DNA of 64,000 bases, taken from the NCBI RefSeq assembly GCF_009914755.1, contig NC_060930.1. One strand, given 5' to 3'. This DNA comes from the human T2T-CHM13v2.0 reference genome, Homo sapiens. The translations under genes and the position numbers were made by a program. Shown here piece after piece: positions 1 to 17,015 of the stretch; the stretch's first letter is position 1; every line of letters begins with the position of its first letter. The notes beneath the pieces were generated by a model. It was not told the DNA's origin, made no database searches, and saw nothing but the letters and a program-made list of their open reading frames with translations.

Positions 1-39
1 CCTCCCTTCCCCCCTCCCTTCCTTCCCTTTCTTAATGAA

Positions 40-200
40 GTGTTTTAAAGCAAATTCCTAGTATTATATAATTTAACTCCTATATACATCTACATATATC
101 TCAGAATTTACAAGCATTTAAAAATGTAACCCCAATGCCATTATAACAACCAACTAATTAACTAACTAAAAATAAGTATCTGGTATCTAAAATATCTTTT
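40..200 (-). mobile_element. Old L1M (L1MC-like) 3' end fragment
   Basis: Resembles antisense L1MC 3'UTR (ttttaaagcaaat...aatgccattat); highly diverged. Confidence 0.45.
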
Positions 201-676
201 AATATTTCTCTTTAACACTATCTCTGAATCTTACTAGATTTTCACTCCTCTTTGAATTTTCCTATATTTTTGAGCTATCTTTCTAGAAAGGAACTGCCTA
301 GGATTAAATGCACCATTACAGGTTTGGGCTTCTATGTGTATGGATGGCAAGTATCTCAATGTTCTTCCTCACTAATGGTGAAAAATTTTTGGAATTCTTT
401 CTCTAGCTAAAAATAAAGATTTACTTTTTCCTTTACAACATTAGCTTTTGTCTAGGATTGACATTCAGAAGTCCCACTTCAAAGTCATTTGGGAGGTGGG
501 TGAAAATAAAGTCACAGAACAGAAAAGCAAACTGGATTCTAATATTTTTGCCCCAAATTTATAAGAATTTAGCTGTGAAAAATGAAATACCAAAAAAAGG
601 TGAAAACCAGGAAGTTATTCTAAGTTGGCTTTTAAGTGATTCTATCACAAGTTTCTCCTTTCTGTGAGAAATTTCT

Positions 677-975
677 TTTTTTTTTTTTTTGAGACAGAGT
701 TTTGCTCTGTGGCCCAGGGTGGAGTGCATTGGTGGCATGATCTTGGCTCACTGCAACCTCCACCTCCCAGGTTCAAGGTATTCTTTTGCCTCAGCCTCCC
801 AAGGAGGTGGGATTACAGGTACCCACCACCACGCCCGGCTAATTTTTGTATTTTTAGTGGAGACAGGGTTTCGCCATGTTGGCCAGGCTGGTCTCCAACT
901 CCTGACCTCAGGTGATCCACCCGCCTTTGCCTCCCAAAGTCATGGGATTACAGGTGTGTGCCACTGCACCCGACG
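677..975 (-). mobile_element. AluS
   Basis: Full dimer, poly-T; TSD gagaaatttct at 666-676 and 976-986. Confidence 0.97.
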
Positions 976-1357
976 GAGAAATTTCTCTTAACATTTTAAA
1001 AGTGCCAAATGTTATGCTCTGAATAATTGTGTTTGACAGTCCTTTCAAAGAGATATATGGTGCCCAATGAACTGTATTTCAGTGCTTTCTGTTATAGAGG
1101 CATATAGCCTTTTGGCACTTTACCTGTGTTCCCCAAATTGCTTTTCTCTTTTAAGGACGTTACTATTGATCATGTCCCTCATCCCTAGTAAAAGGAGTGA
1201 AAGGAAAATCATTGATACATGTTATAAAAAGGGTGTACTGGCATCTCTTTAGGTGACATGGTGTGAGTGGTACAGGTCGAATCCTTTGCCTGAAAATTAC
1301 ACTGCCTGTCTCCTAGGTTATTACCTTAGAAGCTTCTTTGTTCTAAGGCATGCTTTG

Positions 1358-1951
1358 TCAAAATTTAATACTCTTTAGAAAGAGTGTGCCTTTGCATGTG
1401 CTGAAAAATGTTGGTGTTGTGAACATGAGCGTCGAGGCTTCGGTGGCTGACCATGAGCTGAGAGCTAGATGTGTAAAACTGGGGAATGAATATTTTGGGG
1501 AGACAGACGAGGTAGTGCCATCATGATGGAAGAAAGGCAGCCTGAATAACGAAGAAGTGTGAAGGTACCAAGGATAAAACCCTCCAGCCTCCTTTCCCAT
1601 TGTTCCTCCTTCAAACCCTTGCGTCCCTAGGCTCAGGGCTGACTTGGGCACTGGGACAATTGCTGAATGCTGAGCTTTTCTGTCTGTAAGCAGTGGAACT
1701 ACATCATTTGAAGTGGGCTTAGTCAGATCTTGAGATCTAGCCAAGTGACTCTGCCTCCCTTGTCTCTCTTTATATATCATATATTTCATGAATGGTTCTC
1801 TTTCAACAAGGAAGCTACCTCTCCTTCCTGTAGACTTTGAAGCCCTTGATTTGTGCCCATGAACTTGTTTGTTCATGCTTAAATGAAACCCTTGGCAGAG
1901 TAGACAAGCTTGTTCCCAGTCTCTTTTCCTGGTAATATTTTCTTCTATCAT
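1358..1951 (-). other. Unexplained 197-codon ATG ORF in non-repetitive DNA; coding status not supported
   Basis: Longest ORF in track not explained by a repeat; A at -3; no recognisable homology. Confidence 0.12.
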
Positions 1952-3503
1952 AATCCAGTCAAAGCGAAGGAGGAATGTAACTGATTAGCACACAGTTTAT
2001 AGCATTAAGAGTTGGGAAGTAAGAATAATGCGTTTGAATTCCAACATCTACCACCTTCCTTGATAACTTATTGTCTTAATTTTCTCAGCACTCAGCTAGA
2101 AGAGAGGAAGAATGATTGGGTCTCTCAAAATAAAGGATAGGTCTGGTTTCAGCTCTGACATTTAGAAGTGCTTGGAAGTCATCACTTTTACCCTTATAAC
2201 AAGAAAAAAGCTGAACAAATGGAAAATTAATGACTTTTTAAAGACCTACTGGAGAAATAAAGTCATAGAGCAAACCCCCACCCTGAAATCTGGAGAGACA
2301 GGTGAATATAGAGAATAATAACTGAGGTCAGCTTACCTGAAGCAGAAGCCACTGGAGCCACACATTGATAGGAGCACTTCAATGGCAATTCTGACAAATT
2401 GCTAGAGTAACTCCTGGAGGCCCAGTTTAGAGGTGCCCCATACTTTGTGGGTTTTACCTCCAGGAATCCCACTTGGTTCTCAGATGAAGATCTGAGAAAA
2501 GCCCCCACATATTTCTGGCAGGGGTGGGCAAGGGAAGTAACTGTTTTGGATTTCACCCAGAGTGTTTCCCATAACAAAGGCCTGCTCTCCAAGACTAACA
2601 ACTTTACCAGAGTGTTATCTACCTGAGGGAAGGGCAGTTAGTCAATTCCAGTCTCCTTTTGCCTTCTATTAATATTTCCCCTAAATGGAGGGAAAAACAG
2701 GATAAGAAACACTTCTCAAGGTCATGTCCCAGGGATCCAGGCCCACTAAAAGACTGAGATTTAATGATAAGGTTATTGAGCACTTTCTCTTCCCCACACC
2801 TTACCATCAAACCAACTAGGTTCCAGCATAATAACAGTAGATTGTAACTAAAAGAGCTTCAAGACACGGACTCTATTTAAGAAAGAGTTCTTAGGGAAAT
2901 CCAAAGCAAACAGGGTGAAAAAAAATACAAGGACACCAAAGGAAACTGAAGTCTCTGGCACCTACAGGCACATAAAACGCTAAACACAGCCCAGTTCTCA
3001 GCCAGATTAGCATAAAACCTCAACTGAGGCCTATTTACTACAATTATTGTTCAAAACATCAAATTCCCACTTTTAGCAAAAAAGGGCAAGACATACTAAA
3101 AACAAAACACAGTCTGAAGAGACAAACTAAGCATCAGAATCGGACTCAGATATGACACAGATTTTGGAATAATGAGATAAGGCATTTAAAACAGCTAAAA
3201 TTAATATGTTAACAAGTCTAATTTTAAAAAGTAGAAAACATGCAAGAATAGATGGTTAATGTGAACAGAAAAATGAAAGTTCTAAGAAAAAAAACAAAAG
3301 GCAATGCTAGAAAGTGAAAGCACTAACAGAAATTTTAAAACCTCTTAATGGGCTCATCTGTGGACTGGAAATGACGAAGAAAAGGATCAGTGAACTTGAA
3401 GATATGTCAGTAAAAACTTCCTATACTGAAATGAAAAGAGAAAAAAGGATTTAAAAAAACCCAAAAAAACAGAATAGTGTATGCAATAACTATGGGAAAA
3501 TTA

Positions 3504-4122
<619 letters not shown>

Positions 4123-4164
4123 ACAACCACACCAGCAAGAAGAAAGCAGACTGAAATATTTGTT

Positions 4165-4284
4165 TTGTTTCCTTTCCTTTTTTAATAGTAGAGACAGGGT
4201 CTCAGTATGTTGCCCAGGCTGGTCTCAAACTCCTGGGCTCAAGTGGTCCTTTTGCCTTGGCCTCCTCAAGTGCTGGGATTACAT
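4165..4284 (-). mobile_element. FLAM/left Alu monomer
   Basis: Antisense left arm; TSD gactgaaatattt on both sides. Confidence 0.85.
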
Positions 4285-4379
4285 GGACTGAAATATTTAA
4301 AGAGTTGAAAGACCCCACTAACCTAGAATTCTATATCCAGTGGGATTATCCTTAAAAAGTGAAGAAGTATAAAGACAGA

Positions 4380-4680
4380 GGCCAGGTTACACCTGTAACC
4401 CAAACACTTTAAGAGTCTGAGGTGGGAGGATTGCTTGAGCCCAGGAGTTCAAGACCAGCCTGGCCAAGATAGTGAGACCCCTGTTTCTAATAAAAATTTT
4501 TAAAACTTTGCAGGGTGTGGTGACGCATGCCTGCAGTCCCAGCTACTTGGGAAGCTATGGTGGGAGGATGGTTTGAGCTCTGGAGTTCCAGGGTTACAGT
4601 GAGCTACAATCCCACCAATACACTCCAGCCAGGGTGACACAGTGAGACCCCAATCCCCCCCAAAATTTTAAAAAACAAAT
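4380..4680 (+). mobile_element. AluJ
   Basis: Diverged dimer with J-type ggaggattgcttgagcccagg; TSD aagtat(a/g)aagacaga. Confidence 0.92.
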
Positions 4681-4990
4681 AAGTATGAAGACAGAGGTTA
4701 AAAGTAAAGAGATGAAAGACATACCATGCTAACACTGTCCAAAAGAATGCTGGAGCAACTATATTAATTTCAGAAAAAGGAAAATTATGGATAAAGAGGG
4801 GCACTACACAATAAAAAGGAGGTCACTTATTTAAGAGGCATAACAGTCCTTAATGTGTATATGCCGAAGAATAGAGTATCAAAATATGTGAGGCAAAAAC
4901 TGATAGAACTGCAAAGAGAAACAGATTAATTCACTATTATCCTTGAAGACTTCAACACAGCTCTATTAGTAATTAATAGATCCTGACAGC

Positions 4991-5280
4991 GGCCGGGTGC
5001 AGTGGCTCACGCCTGTAATCCCAGCACTTTGGGAGGCCGAGGCGGGTGGATCACCTGAGGTCGGGAGTTCAAGACCAGCCTGACCAACACGGAGAAACCC
5101 CGTCTCTACTAAAAATACAAAATTAGCCGGGGTGGTGGCGCATGCCTGTAATCCCAGCTACTCGGGAGGCTGAGGCAGGAGAATCGCTTGAACCCAGGAG
5201 GCGGAGGTTGCAGTGAGTGGAGACAACTTGTTGCACTCCAGCCTGGGCAACAAGAGCAAAACTCTGTCAAAAAAAAAAAA
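4991..5280 (+). mobile_element. AluSp-like
   Basis: cctgaccaacacggagaaaccc diagnostic; TSD agatcctgacagc. Confidence 0.96.
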
Positions 5281-5465
5281 AGATCCTGACAGCAGAAAAT
5301 CAGTAAGCATCAGTAAGGACATAGTTGAACTCAACAGCACCATCAATGAACAGACTTAATTACCACTTACAAGATATAGGTTAGCCTTACTTTAAACAAA
5401 ATTGGAAATACTAAAATACCTCCTTAGGAAACCAATAAATTTAGGTGTGATGTTTCATTATATGA

Positions 5466-5858
<393 letters not shown>

Positions 5859-6244
5859 TAAGACCTTTAAAAGTTTTCCTTAACCATTTAAATTATGAAT
5901 TCATTTAGAAGTTTACGGCTTACCTAATCAGAAACTGAGTTGTGATATGGATCATCATAAACCTCTGTAAATATTTGGAAAAGTGAACTCCAGAATTGCC
6001 AGTGGCTGTTACTTGTGATGAGATCAGCAAACAATCCCCTATAGAACTCTTGCCAGGGGGCTTGTCTTGTAATCTGTGATTTTTTTCCTAAGTCCGAAGC
6101 GGAGAGTGAAGGAGTGCCATTCCTCCACACCAAAGGTCCCACTTTTCAATGACAGTTAGGGAAAAGAGTATATAAGACAGCTCCTTCTGCAGGGCCAGCC
6201 ACCTCCTTGCCTAGAAAATTATTGTCTGCTCCTTGTTAACTCCT

Positions 6245-6305
6245 CACATTCATTCGTTCTGTCAATAACATTTCCTGAGCATCTGCTATGGGCCAGGCAC
6301 CACCT
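6245..6305 (-). mobile_element. L2 3' end fragment
   Basis: cattcattc...tgagcatctgctatgggccaggcac motif. Confidence 0.6.
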
Positions 6306-6312
6306 CAGATGA

Positions 6313-6782
<470 letters not shown>

Positions 6783-7249
6783 AAGGCCATCTCTTTATCC
6801 CTTTCTTCCTCTCTTCCTGCTCTCTGGCTGTGCACAATCAGGCTCCGGTTAACCAGTTGGGGCTTTTATTCTTGGGAGAACTTGAAAGTTCTCCCAGCCA
6901 CATCAAAGCCTGTTCCTCTAGGACTCCAGGTAGCTGTGTTCACTGATTCCTTCATTCAGTCAGTACTCAACTAAGTGCAAGATGTGCACTTGAGGATGAT
7001 CTAAAATACAAAGACAAATTAACCTCAGCCACTGCCCTCTAGTAGTTTGCAATTTATTGTATTCCTTCCCAATAGTTCTTGCAAAGTACTTACCCGTGTC
7101 CTGTATTTCACAAATTTGGTTTATGTCACTTAATTATGTTTTCTTTCCCACTTTTCATATATCTTGGAAGCACCACATGTGTTATGAGAAGAATATAATA
7201 ATCTTTGTGTATGTATTGGTAATTTCATAATCGCCAAAACCACACCCTC

Positions 7250-7450
7250 CTTGGCATAGGTTTAAGAATCAGGAAATCTGGGCTTGAGACCCACTTGTGC
7301 TTGTGTGGCCCTCCGTCAGCCACTTAACCTCCCTTGAGTTTCAGTTACTTCACCTGTAAAATATTTCTGGCTTATGTATTGCACAGTTTTTGTGTATGTG
7401 TGGATCAAATGAGCAACTGTACAGGTAATCACTTTCACAATATCAAATGA
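7250..7450 (+). mobile_element. MIR
   Basis: Core-like cacttaacctc...tttcagttacttcacctgtaaaat. Confidence 0.65.
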
Positions 7451-7555
7451 CATACAGATGGAAGTTGTTATTGTTAAAAGTTCGTGCCAGAATCAACCTC
7501 AGACTTTGCTTATGTGTACAATACAAATGCCATAGAAATAGTAACTAAGAACCGA

Positions 7556-7607
7556 GGGCCAGTGGCGCAATGGATAACGCGTCTGACTACGGATCAGAAG
7601 ATTCTAG
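7556..7607 (+). pseudogene. 3'-truncated (tailless) tRNA-Arg(ACG) retropseudogene
   Basis: GGGCCAGTGGCGCAATGGATAACGCGTCTGACTACGGATCAGAAGATTCTAG matches the 5' 52 nt of human tRNA-Arg-ACG; anticodon ACG 7589-7591; no T-loop/B box, no poly(A); 17-bp direct repeat tagaaatagtaactaag at 7533-7549 and 7605-7621. Confidence 0.95.
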
Positions 7608-8361
7608 AAATAGTAACTAAGGGCAGAATTTGGCCCAGGGCACTTTTACCGCAGTTTTTTTTAAGGCAGATGAAAAAAATTAAAGACTTTTTACTCAAAA
7701 CAGAAAACTTTAAAACAAGAATCAACACTTGCCAAGGACATGGTTTTTAAGTGGATCTTTATGACGGAAATTCAGAGGATGATGGAGACCTTCTGAGATG
7801 AGGAACTGAAAGAGAAAAGCCTTTAATGTTATCATCTTCCTCCTCCACCCTTGCACTGCCTTGCTTAGAATTCCTTATCTAATCAACTAGAGTCACACAT
7901 CTTAACAGTCAAACAATAAAAATGGGATGCACTTTAAGTCTGGATCGTTAGAGGCCAAAAACAACCTGTTGTTCAGGCTGCAATCATCCTGCCCAGAGGG
8001 CACTGAGCTCCACTTTCACTTTTAAGGGAACTGCAAATAAAATGCCTTTCTCTCCTGGATTTTGAAATTTTTTCTGTTAAATCTGGTTAAAATACACATT
8101 ATGTTCACAGAACCTAGCAAAGAAGCAAACTTTATGCTATGAAATGTTAAGTAAAAGAAAGTGCAGTGACATGTTGGGAAGGAAGGGCCTCAGATAATCC
8201 AAGTTTCTCCAGCTTGGACGCCTATGTGTTATGGCTGATTCTAGAAAACTAGAAATAGGAGCGGTTAGTGCAAGTCCGCTTGGTGTGGAGATCAGGATGG
8301 TGACAATGAGAAGGGGTGAAGGGAATTGGAGGGTACTAACTACTTCAATTAAAAACAACAG

Positions 8362-8530
8362 AGGCCAGCCATGGTGGCTCACATCTATGTTCCTAGCACT
8401 TTGGGAGCATGAGGTGGGAGGATGGCCTGAGCCCAGGAGTTCGAGGGTGCAGTGAGCTGTGATCACAACACAGCCCTCCAGTCTGGGTGACAAAGCAAGA
8501 CCCTAACTCAAAAAACAAAACAAAACAAAA
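8362..8530 (+). mobile_element. FAM/FRAM-type Alu monomer
   Basis: Single monomer ending in right-arm sequence and (AAAAC)n. Confidence 0.85.
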
Positions 8531-8544
8531 AGCCACCACCAACA

Positions 8545-9590
<1,046 letters not shown>

Positions 9591-9679
9591 AAGAACAAAG
9601 AGGAAAAGAAAAACCTAAATGAAACCTCACTGCCCAGATTAACCTTATAGTTAATGATGAATTTCTATGTTCAAAGATT

Positions 9680-11003
<1,324 letters not shown>

Positions 11004-11644
11004 GGCTATAGAAAGCATTTGCAGTATAAGATTATTGAATAATTTCTGATTGTTATCAAAGTATTTTTTCTGTGAGTGCTCATCCCGGGCTTGGAAAAAA
11101 AAGTGAGCACATTTTGCAATACAAGCTCTGCTCTGTCTTCACTGCACAGGATTTAACCTGTACTAACAGCAATTGATTGATGTTTTTCTGTTGGCACACT
11201 GTTTAATCATTTCCTGTCACAAACTGAAGCAAAGGTCATGTTAGATAAGCACTCAATTAAGTCTTTAGATGATGGTGACGTGTAAACAGCTTATTAGTCT
11301 ATACATGTAATTAATTTTAACATTACTTTGCAGGTTGCTTTAATTCTGTAGTAACACAGTCCCTGCTAATTTGCTGCCTATATTCCATTATGGTTCTTAA
11401 TCTTTTATTAAGTCCCCCCATCCCCCTCCTGCTGTTCCTGCCGCATTTTCTTGTAAAAAATTTCAAACATAGGCAAGTTGGAAGATTTTACAGTGAATCT
11501 CCACACTCCTGTCCTTTTGATTCTACTATTTACATTTAACACACTTGCTTTAACACTTAACTATCAATCCCCAATTAAGCCACTTTTAAAAAGTTATCCA
11601 CTCATCCATTCTAATTAAGTATTTTATTTTCCCTCAAGTGTGAT

Positions 11645-12147
<503 letters not shown>

Positions 12148-12324
12148 TTTTAAATAAACCTATGTGACTCAGTCTACCTGTTTCCATGGAGATCCACTCG
12201 CACCATTGAAGTTAGAGGTCTCCTCCGGTGCGTTACCAAAGGGAGACCCTAATGATACAGCTGTACCCAGGAGCCTTCCTCCATCACACACATGCCAACT
12301 TATTTGTCAACATTAACTGGTGCA

Positions 12325-12475
12325 GTACAGTTTTAGTGATGTGGTTAAGAAGTTCAGGCTCTGGAACTAAATAGATCTGGGATGGAATCTCAGCTCCACC
12401 AAGCTATATGGATTCAGCTAAGTTACTTTTCCTTTGTGAGCCTTGTTTTCTCATCTTTAAAGTGGAGTATGGAAG
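12325..12475 (+). mobile_element. MIR
   Basis: gtggttaaga...ggctctgga...aagttactt...ttttctcatctttaaagtgg. Confidence 0.75.
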
Positions 12476-12489
12476 AGCACATCCCTCAC

Positions 12490-13215
12490 AGCAAATAGTT
12501 ATCCAGCCTCTTCTGTGCATCAAGCATTGTAGATCCTGTTCTGGATGCTGGGGAAGTAGTGGTGAGGCAAGGCAAAGCTCAGTTCTCTTGGAACCTTCAT
12601 TCTATAGGAGAAACTTACAGTAAACACACACAAATAGAAATAATTTCAGGCTGGGCATGGTGGCTCATGCCTGTAAACCCAGCACTTTAGGGTTGGGGCC
12701 AGGAGGATCGCTTTGAGCTCAGGAGTTGGAGACCAGCCTGGGCAAAATGTTGAAACCCTGTTTCTATTTAAAACAAACAAACAAGCAAACAAAACAAACA
12801 AATTATCTAGGCATGGTGGCATGCGTCTGTGGTTCCAGCTATCTGGCTACTTGAGAGGCTGAGGTGGGAGGATCACGTTGAACCCGACAGGTCAAGGCTG
12901 CAGTGAGCCATGATCGTACCACTGCACTCCAGCCTGGGTGACAGAGTGAGATCCTGTCTCAGAAAGAAAAAAAAAAAAAAAAGAATTTCAGAGAGTGAAG
13001 AATGCTAAGGAGACTGTAAAACAGACTATTGAGACCAAATGACTTACTTTAAAATTCGAGGTTAGGAAAAGCCTCTCTGAGAAGGTGAAGAAATACAGAG
13101 GGGCAGAAAGCCAGTGTGGGTGCAGGACAGTGGGAGAAAGTGACGCCAGAGAAGAGGGCAGGAGCCAGTGCAGAGCCATCCTTTATTGTAGAGAGTTTGG
13201 CTTTAATTCTTATTG
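12490..13215 (-). mobile_element. L2 fragment split by AluJ
   Basis: Antisense L2 3' region; continues after Alu (aatttcagag). Confidence 0.6.
12649..12982 (+). mobile_element. AluJ
   Basis: Dimer with J diagnostics and expanded (AAAC)n linker. Confidence 0.95.
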
Positions 13216-13731
13216 CAGCAGGGAGCGATTCCTGCTTCCTATTCATCCCCCACACCATGCCCTGCATTTCAGGTGCAAATTTCATAATCTGGTCCCAATC
13301 AAGTTATGTGTGCCTCTTTCTTCCTCCCTTTCTGCCTGCCTCCTTTCCTTCCTCCTCTTGCTCATCCTCTTTCCATCAACATCAAACACTGATCAAGTAT
13401 CTCTGTTAGGTTGTAGGGACGCTAAGGGGATGGTGTCCTCAAGATTTATCTATGTTGTAGCATGTGACAGGATCTCCTTCCGTTTTAAGGCTGAATAACA
13501 TTTCATTGAAGTATGTACCACATTTTGTTTATTTACTCATCTTTGAGATTCTGCTTTAATTCTTTTGGAATATACCCAGAAATGGAATCGCTGAATCTTG
13601 CGGGAATTACATTTTTAACTTTTGGAGGAGCCACCAATTGTTTTTCATAGTCACTGCACCATTTTACAATCCCATCAACAGTGCACAAGTGTTCCAATTG
13701 CTCTTCATGCTTGCCAACATTTGTTATTTTC

Positions 13732-14026
13732 TTTTTTTTTCTTTTGAGACGGAGTCTCGCTCTGTCGCCCAGGCTGGAGTGCAGTAGCGTGATCTCCGCT
13801 CGCTGCAAGCTCCGCCTCCCGGGTTCATGCCATTCTCCTGCCTCAGCCTCCTGAGTAGCAGGGACTATAGGCGCCCGCCACCATGCCTGGCTAATTTGTT
13901 TGTATTTTTAGTAGAGACGGGGTTTCACCATGTTAGCCAGGATGGTCTTGATTTCCTGACCTCGCGATCGTCTGCCTCGGCCTCCCAAAGTGCTGGCATC
14001 ACAGGCGTGAGCCACTGTGCCTGGCC
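13732..14026 (-). mobile_element. AluY
   Basis: Y diagnostics; TSD aacatttgttattttct. Confidence 0.96.
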
Positions 14027-14077
14027 AACATTTGTTATTTTCTATTTGTTCGGCTTTCTTAAAAAAGTAGCCATCCT

Positions 14078-14225
14078 GGCAGGCTGTGGTGCTCACTCCT
14101 GTAATCCCAGCACTTTGGGAGGCTGAGGCAGGAGGATTGCTGGAGCCCAAGAGCTCAAGACCCACCTGGGCAACATAGTGAGACCTCTGTCTCTATTAAA
14201 AAATTTTTTTAAATTAAAAATAAAT
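14078..14225 (+). mobile_element. FLAM_C-type monomer
   Basis: Left monomer; TSD aaagtagcca(t/c)cct. Confidence 0.85.
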
Positions 14226-14756
14226 TTAAAGTAGCCACCCTAATGGTGTGAGGTTATATCTCAATGTGGTTTGATTTGCATTTCTCTAATGATTTATTAT
14301 GTTAAGCCTCTTTTCATATGCTTGTTGGCTATTTGTATATCATCTTTGGAAAAATGTCTATTCAAGTCCTTTGCCCATTTTTTAACTGGCATTTTAAAAA
14401 ATTGTTGAGTTGTGGGAGTTCTTTATATATTCTGGTTATTAACTCCTTATTAGATATATGATTTGCAAATGTTTTCTCCCATTCTGTAGTTTGTCTTTTC
14501 ACTCTGTTGGCTGTCCTTTGATGCATGTAATGCCCCTCTAGAGCTTGACAAATAAATCTTCCTGTAAAGTCTGCTTTATCTGATATTAGTAGAACTACCC
14601 TAGATTTACTTGGGTTAGTGTATTTTGGTTAATGTATACATATCTTTTTTTCATCACTTTATTTCAGTCTTTCTATGTCTTTATAATTAAAATCCATCTT
14701 TTTTTGAGCAGCATATACTTGTTGTTTTCTTTTATTCCAGACTTCAATCTTTGTTC

Positions 14757-15386
<630 letters not shown>

Positions 15387-15709
15387 AATCTTTGTTCTTT
15401 AATTGAAGTATTTAGTCGATTTACATTTTATATAATTTCTGACATATAGGAGTTCAGAGTGTGGGGTGTATGGAGCTTTTTGATGCCTTTAATCAGTTTA
15501 TTTAAATTCTCAGTTATTATTACTTTAAATATGGTTTGTGGCTAATCTCTTTTTCTTCTCCTTTTGGACCTCTGATTAAATACACATTAGTCTACAAATT
15601 TCATGTATCTCTTATGCTCTTTTCTGTGTTTTCCATTCATACTTTTTCTTGTTATGCTTAAATTTGAATATTTTATGCTGATGTATCTTCTGGTTCATGA
15701 TTCCTCTCA

Positions 15710-16002
15710 TTATTTATTCATTTATTTTGGAGATGGAGTCTTGCTCTGTTGCCTGGCACGGTCTCGGCTCGCTCTAAGCTCCGCCTCCCAGGTTCACGCC
15801 ATTCTCCTGCCTCAGCCTCCCGAGTAGCTGGGACTACAGGCGCCCGCCACCATGCCCGGCTAATTTTTTTTTTTTTGTATTTTTAGTAGAGACGGGGTTT
15901 CACCATGTTAGCCAAGATGGTCTCGATCTCCTGACCTCGTGATCCGCCCGCCTCGGCCTCCCAAAGTGCTGAGATTACAGGCGTGAGCCACCACGCCTGG
16001 CC
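15710..16002 (-). mobile_element. AluY with short internal deletion
   Basis: Y diagnostics; lacks caggctggagtgcag segment near 15755. Confidence 0.93.
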
Positions 16003-16308
16003 TCTTTCTTTTATTTTTTTGAGACAGAGTCTCACTCTGTTGCCCAGGCTGGGATGAAGTAGCATGTTCATGGTTCACTGCAGCCTCGATCTCTAGGTTC
16101 AAACAATCCTCCTACCTCAGCTTCCTAAGTAGCTGGGACTACAGGCACATGCCACCACAATCAGCTAAATTGTTGTTGTTGTTGTTGTTGTTGAGACGGG
16201 GTTTTGCCATGTTGCCCAGGCTGGTCTTGAACTCCTGGGATCAAGTGACCTGCCTGCCTCAGCCTCCGAAAGTGCTGGGATTACAGGTGTGAGCCACCAC
16301 ACCTGGCT
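16003..16308 (-). mobile_element. AluJ
   Basis: J diagnostics; (TTG)n linker. Confidence 0.94.
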
Positions 16309-16786
16309 CAATTCTTCTCTTTTGGGACTGTGCTTATCTGCTTAATTTAACTTTTTTTTTTTTTTAGTTTTATAATTTCCACTTGATTCTTTTTTATATA
16401 AATCCCATTCTTCTGATGAAATTCTCCATTTTCTAACTGATTTCTCGAACACACTAATCATGGTTACTTTAAAGTTTTGTTCTGGTAACTCCAATATCTG
16501 GTCACCTGTGAGTCTCTATTGTCTATTTTTTCTCTCAGTTTTTGGTCATTTATTACTCCTTTCTAACATATCTACTAAATACTGATTGAATTCCAGACAC
16601 TGTGGAAAAGTTATAAGAGATCTAGATGATATTATCTTCCTTCAGAGAAGATTAATTTCATTTTTTTTTTTTTAGCATGCAGTTAGTAAGAGCCAAGCAA
16701 GTTCGTCAAATCAGAGATTGAGATGAGTAAAAGCTAAATTTCAAGCTTTGAGAGGGCTTATTTCTGGAGTCCCTTAGTCTTAGCAC

Positions 16787-17015
16787 AATAGTTCTAAACC
16801 GAGGGTGATTTTAATCTCCAGGGAACATTTGGCAATATCTGGGGACATTTTTGATTGCCACAAACTGGGGCTGTGTGCTTCTGATGTCTGACACAAGTTG
16901 GAAGTGGTAGAGGCCAGATATGCTGTTAAACATCCTACAATATGTAGGAGAGCCCCCCAATAAAAAAGAATTATCTAGTCCAAAATGTTAATAGTACCAA
17001 GATTAAGAAACCTTG
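16787..17015 (+). mobile_element. MER20 (hAT-Charlie)
   Basis: acatttggcaatatctggggacattttt...gtagaggccagatatgctgttaaacatcctacaat...aagaattatctagtccaaaatgt. Confidence 0.88.

Larger units (their letters stand above)
13430..14525 (-). mobile_element. L1MB 3' region split by AluY and FLAM
   Basis: gttgtagcatgtgacagg...atatacccagaaatggaatcgctg...tgatttgcatttctctaatgat. Confidence 0.9.

Noticed and set aside
1270-1292. B-box-like ggtcgaatcc
   Set aside because: No A box or cloverleaf; chance match
7556-7628. Functional tRNA-Arg gene
   Set aside because: T-loop, B box and 3' acceptor strand are absent
7484-7750. 88-aa ORF with repeated EIVTK
   Set aside because: The repeat is the TSD of the tRNA retrocopy; GTG start; no coding evidence
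12212-12252. Short inverted repeat ttagaggtctcc/ggagaccctaa
   Set aside because: About 12-bp imperfect stem; expected by chance in 64 kb
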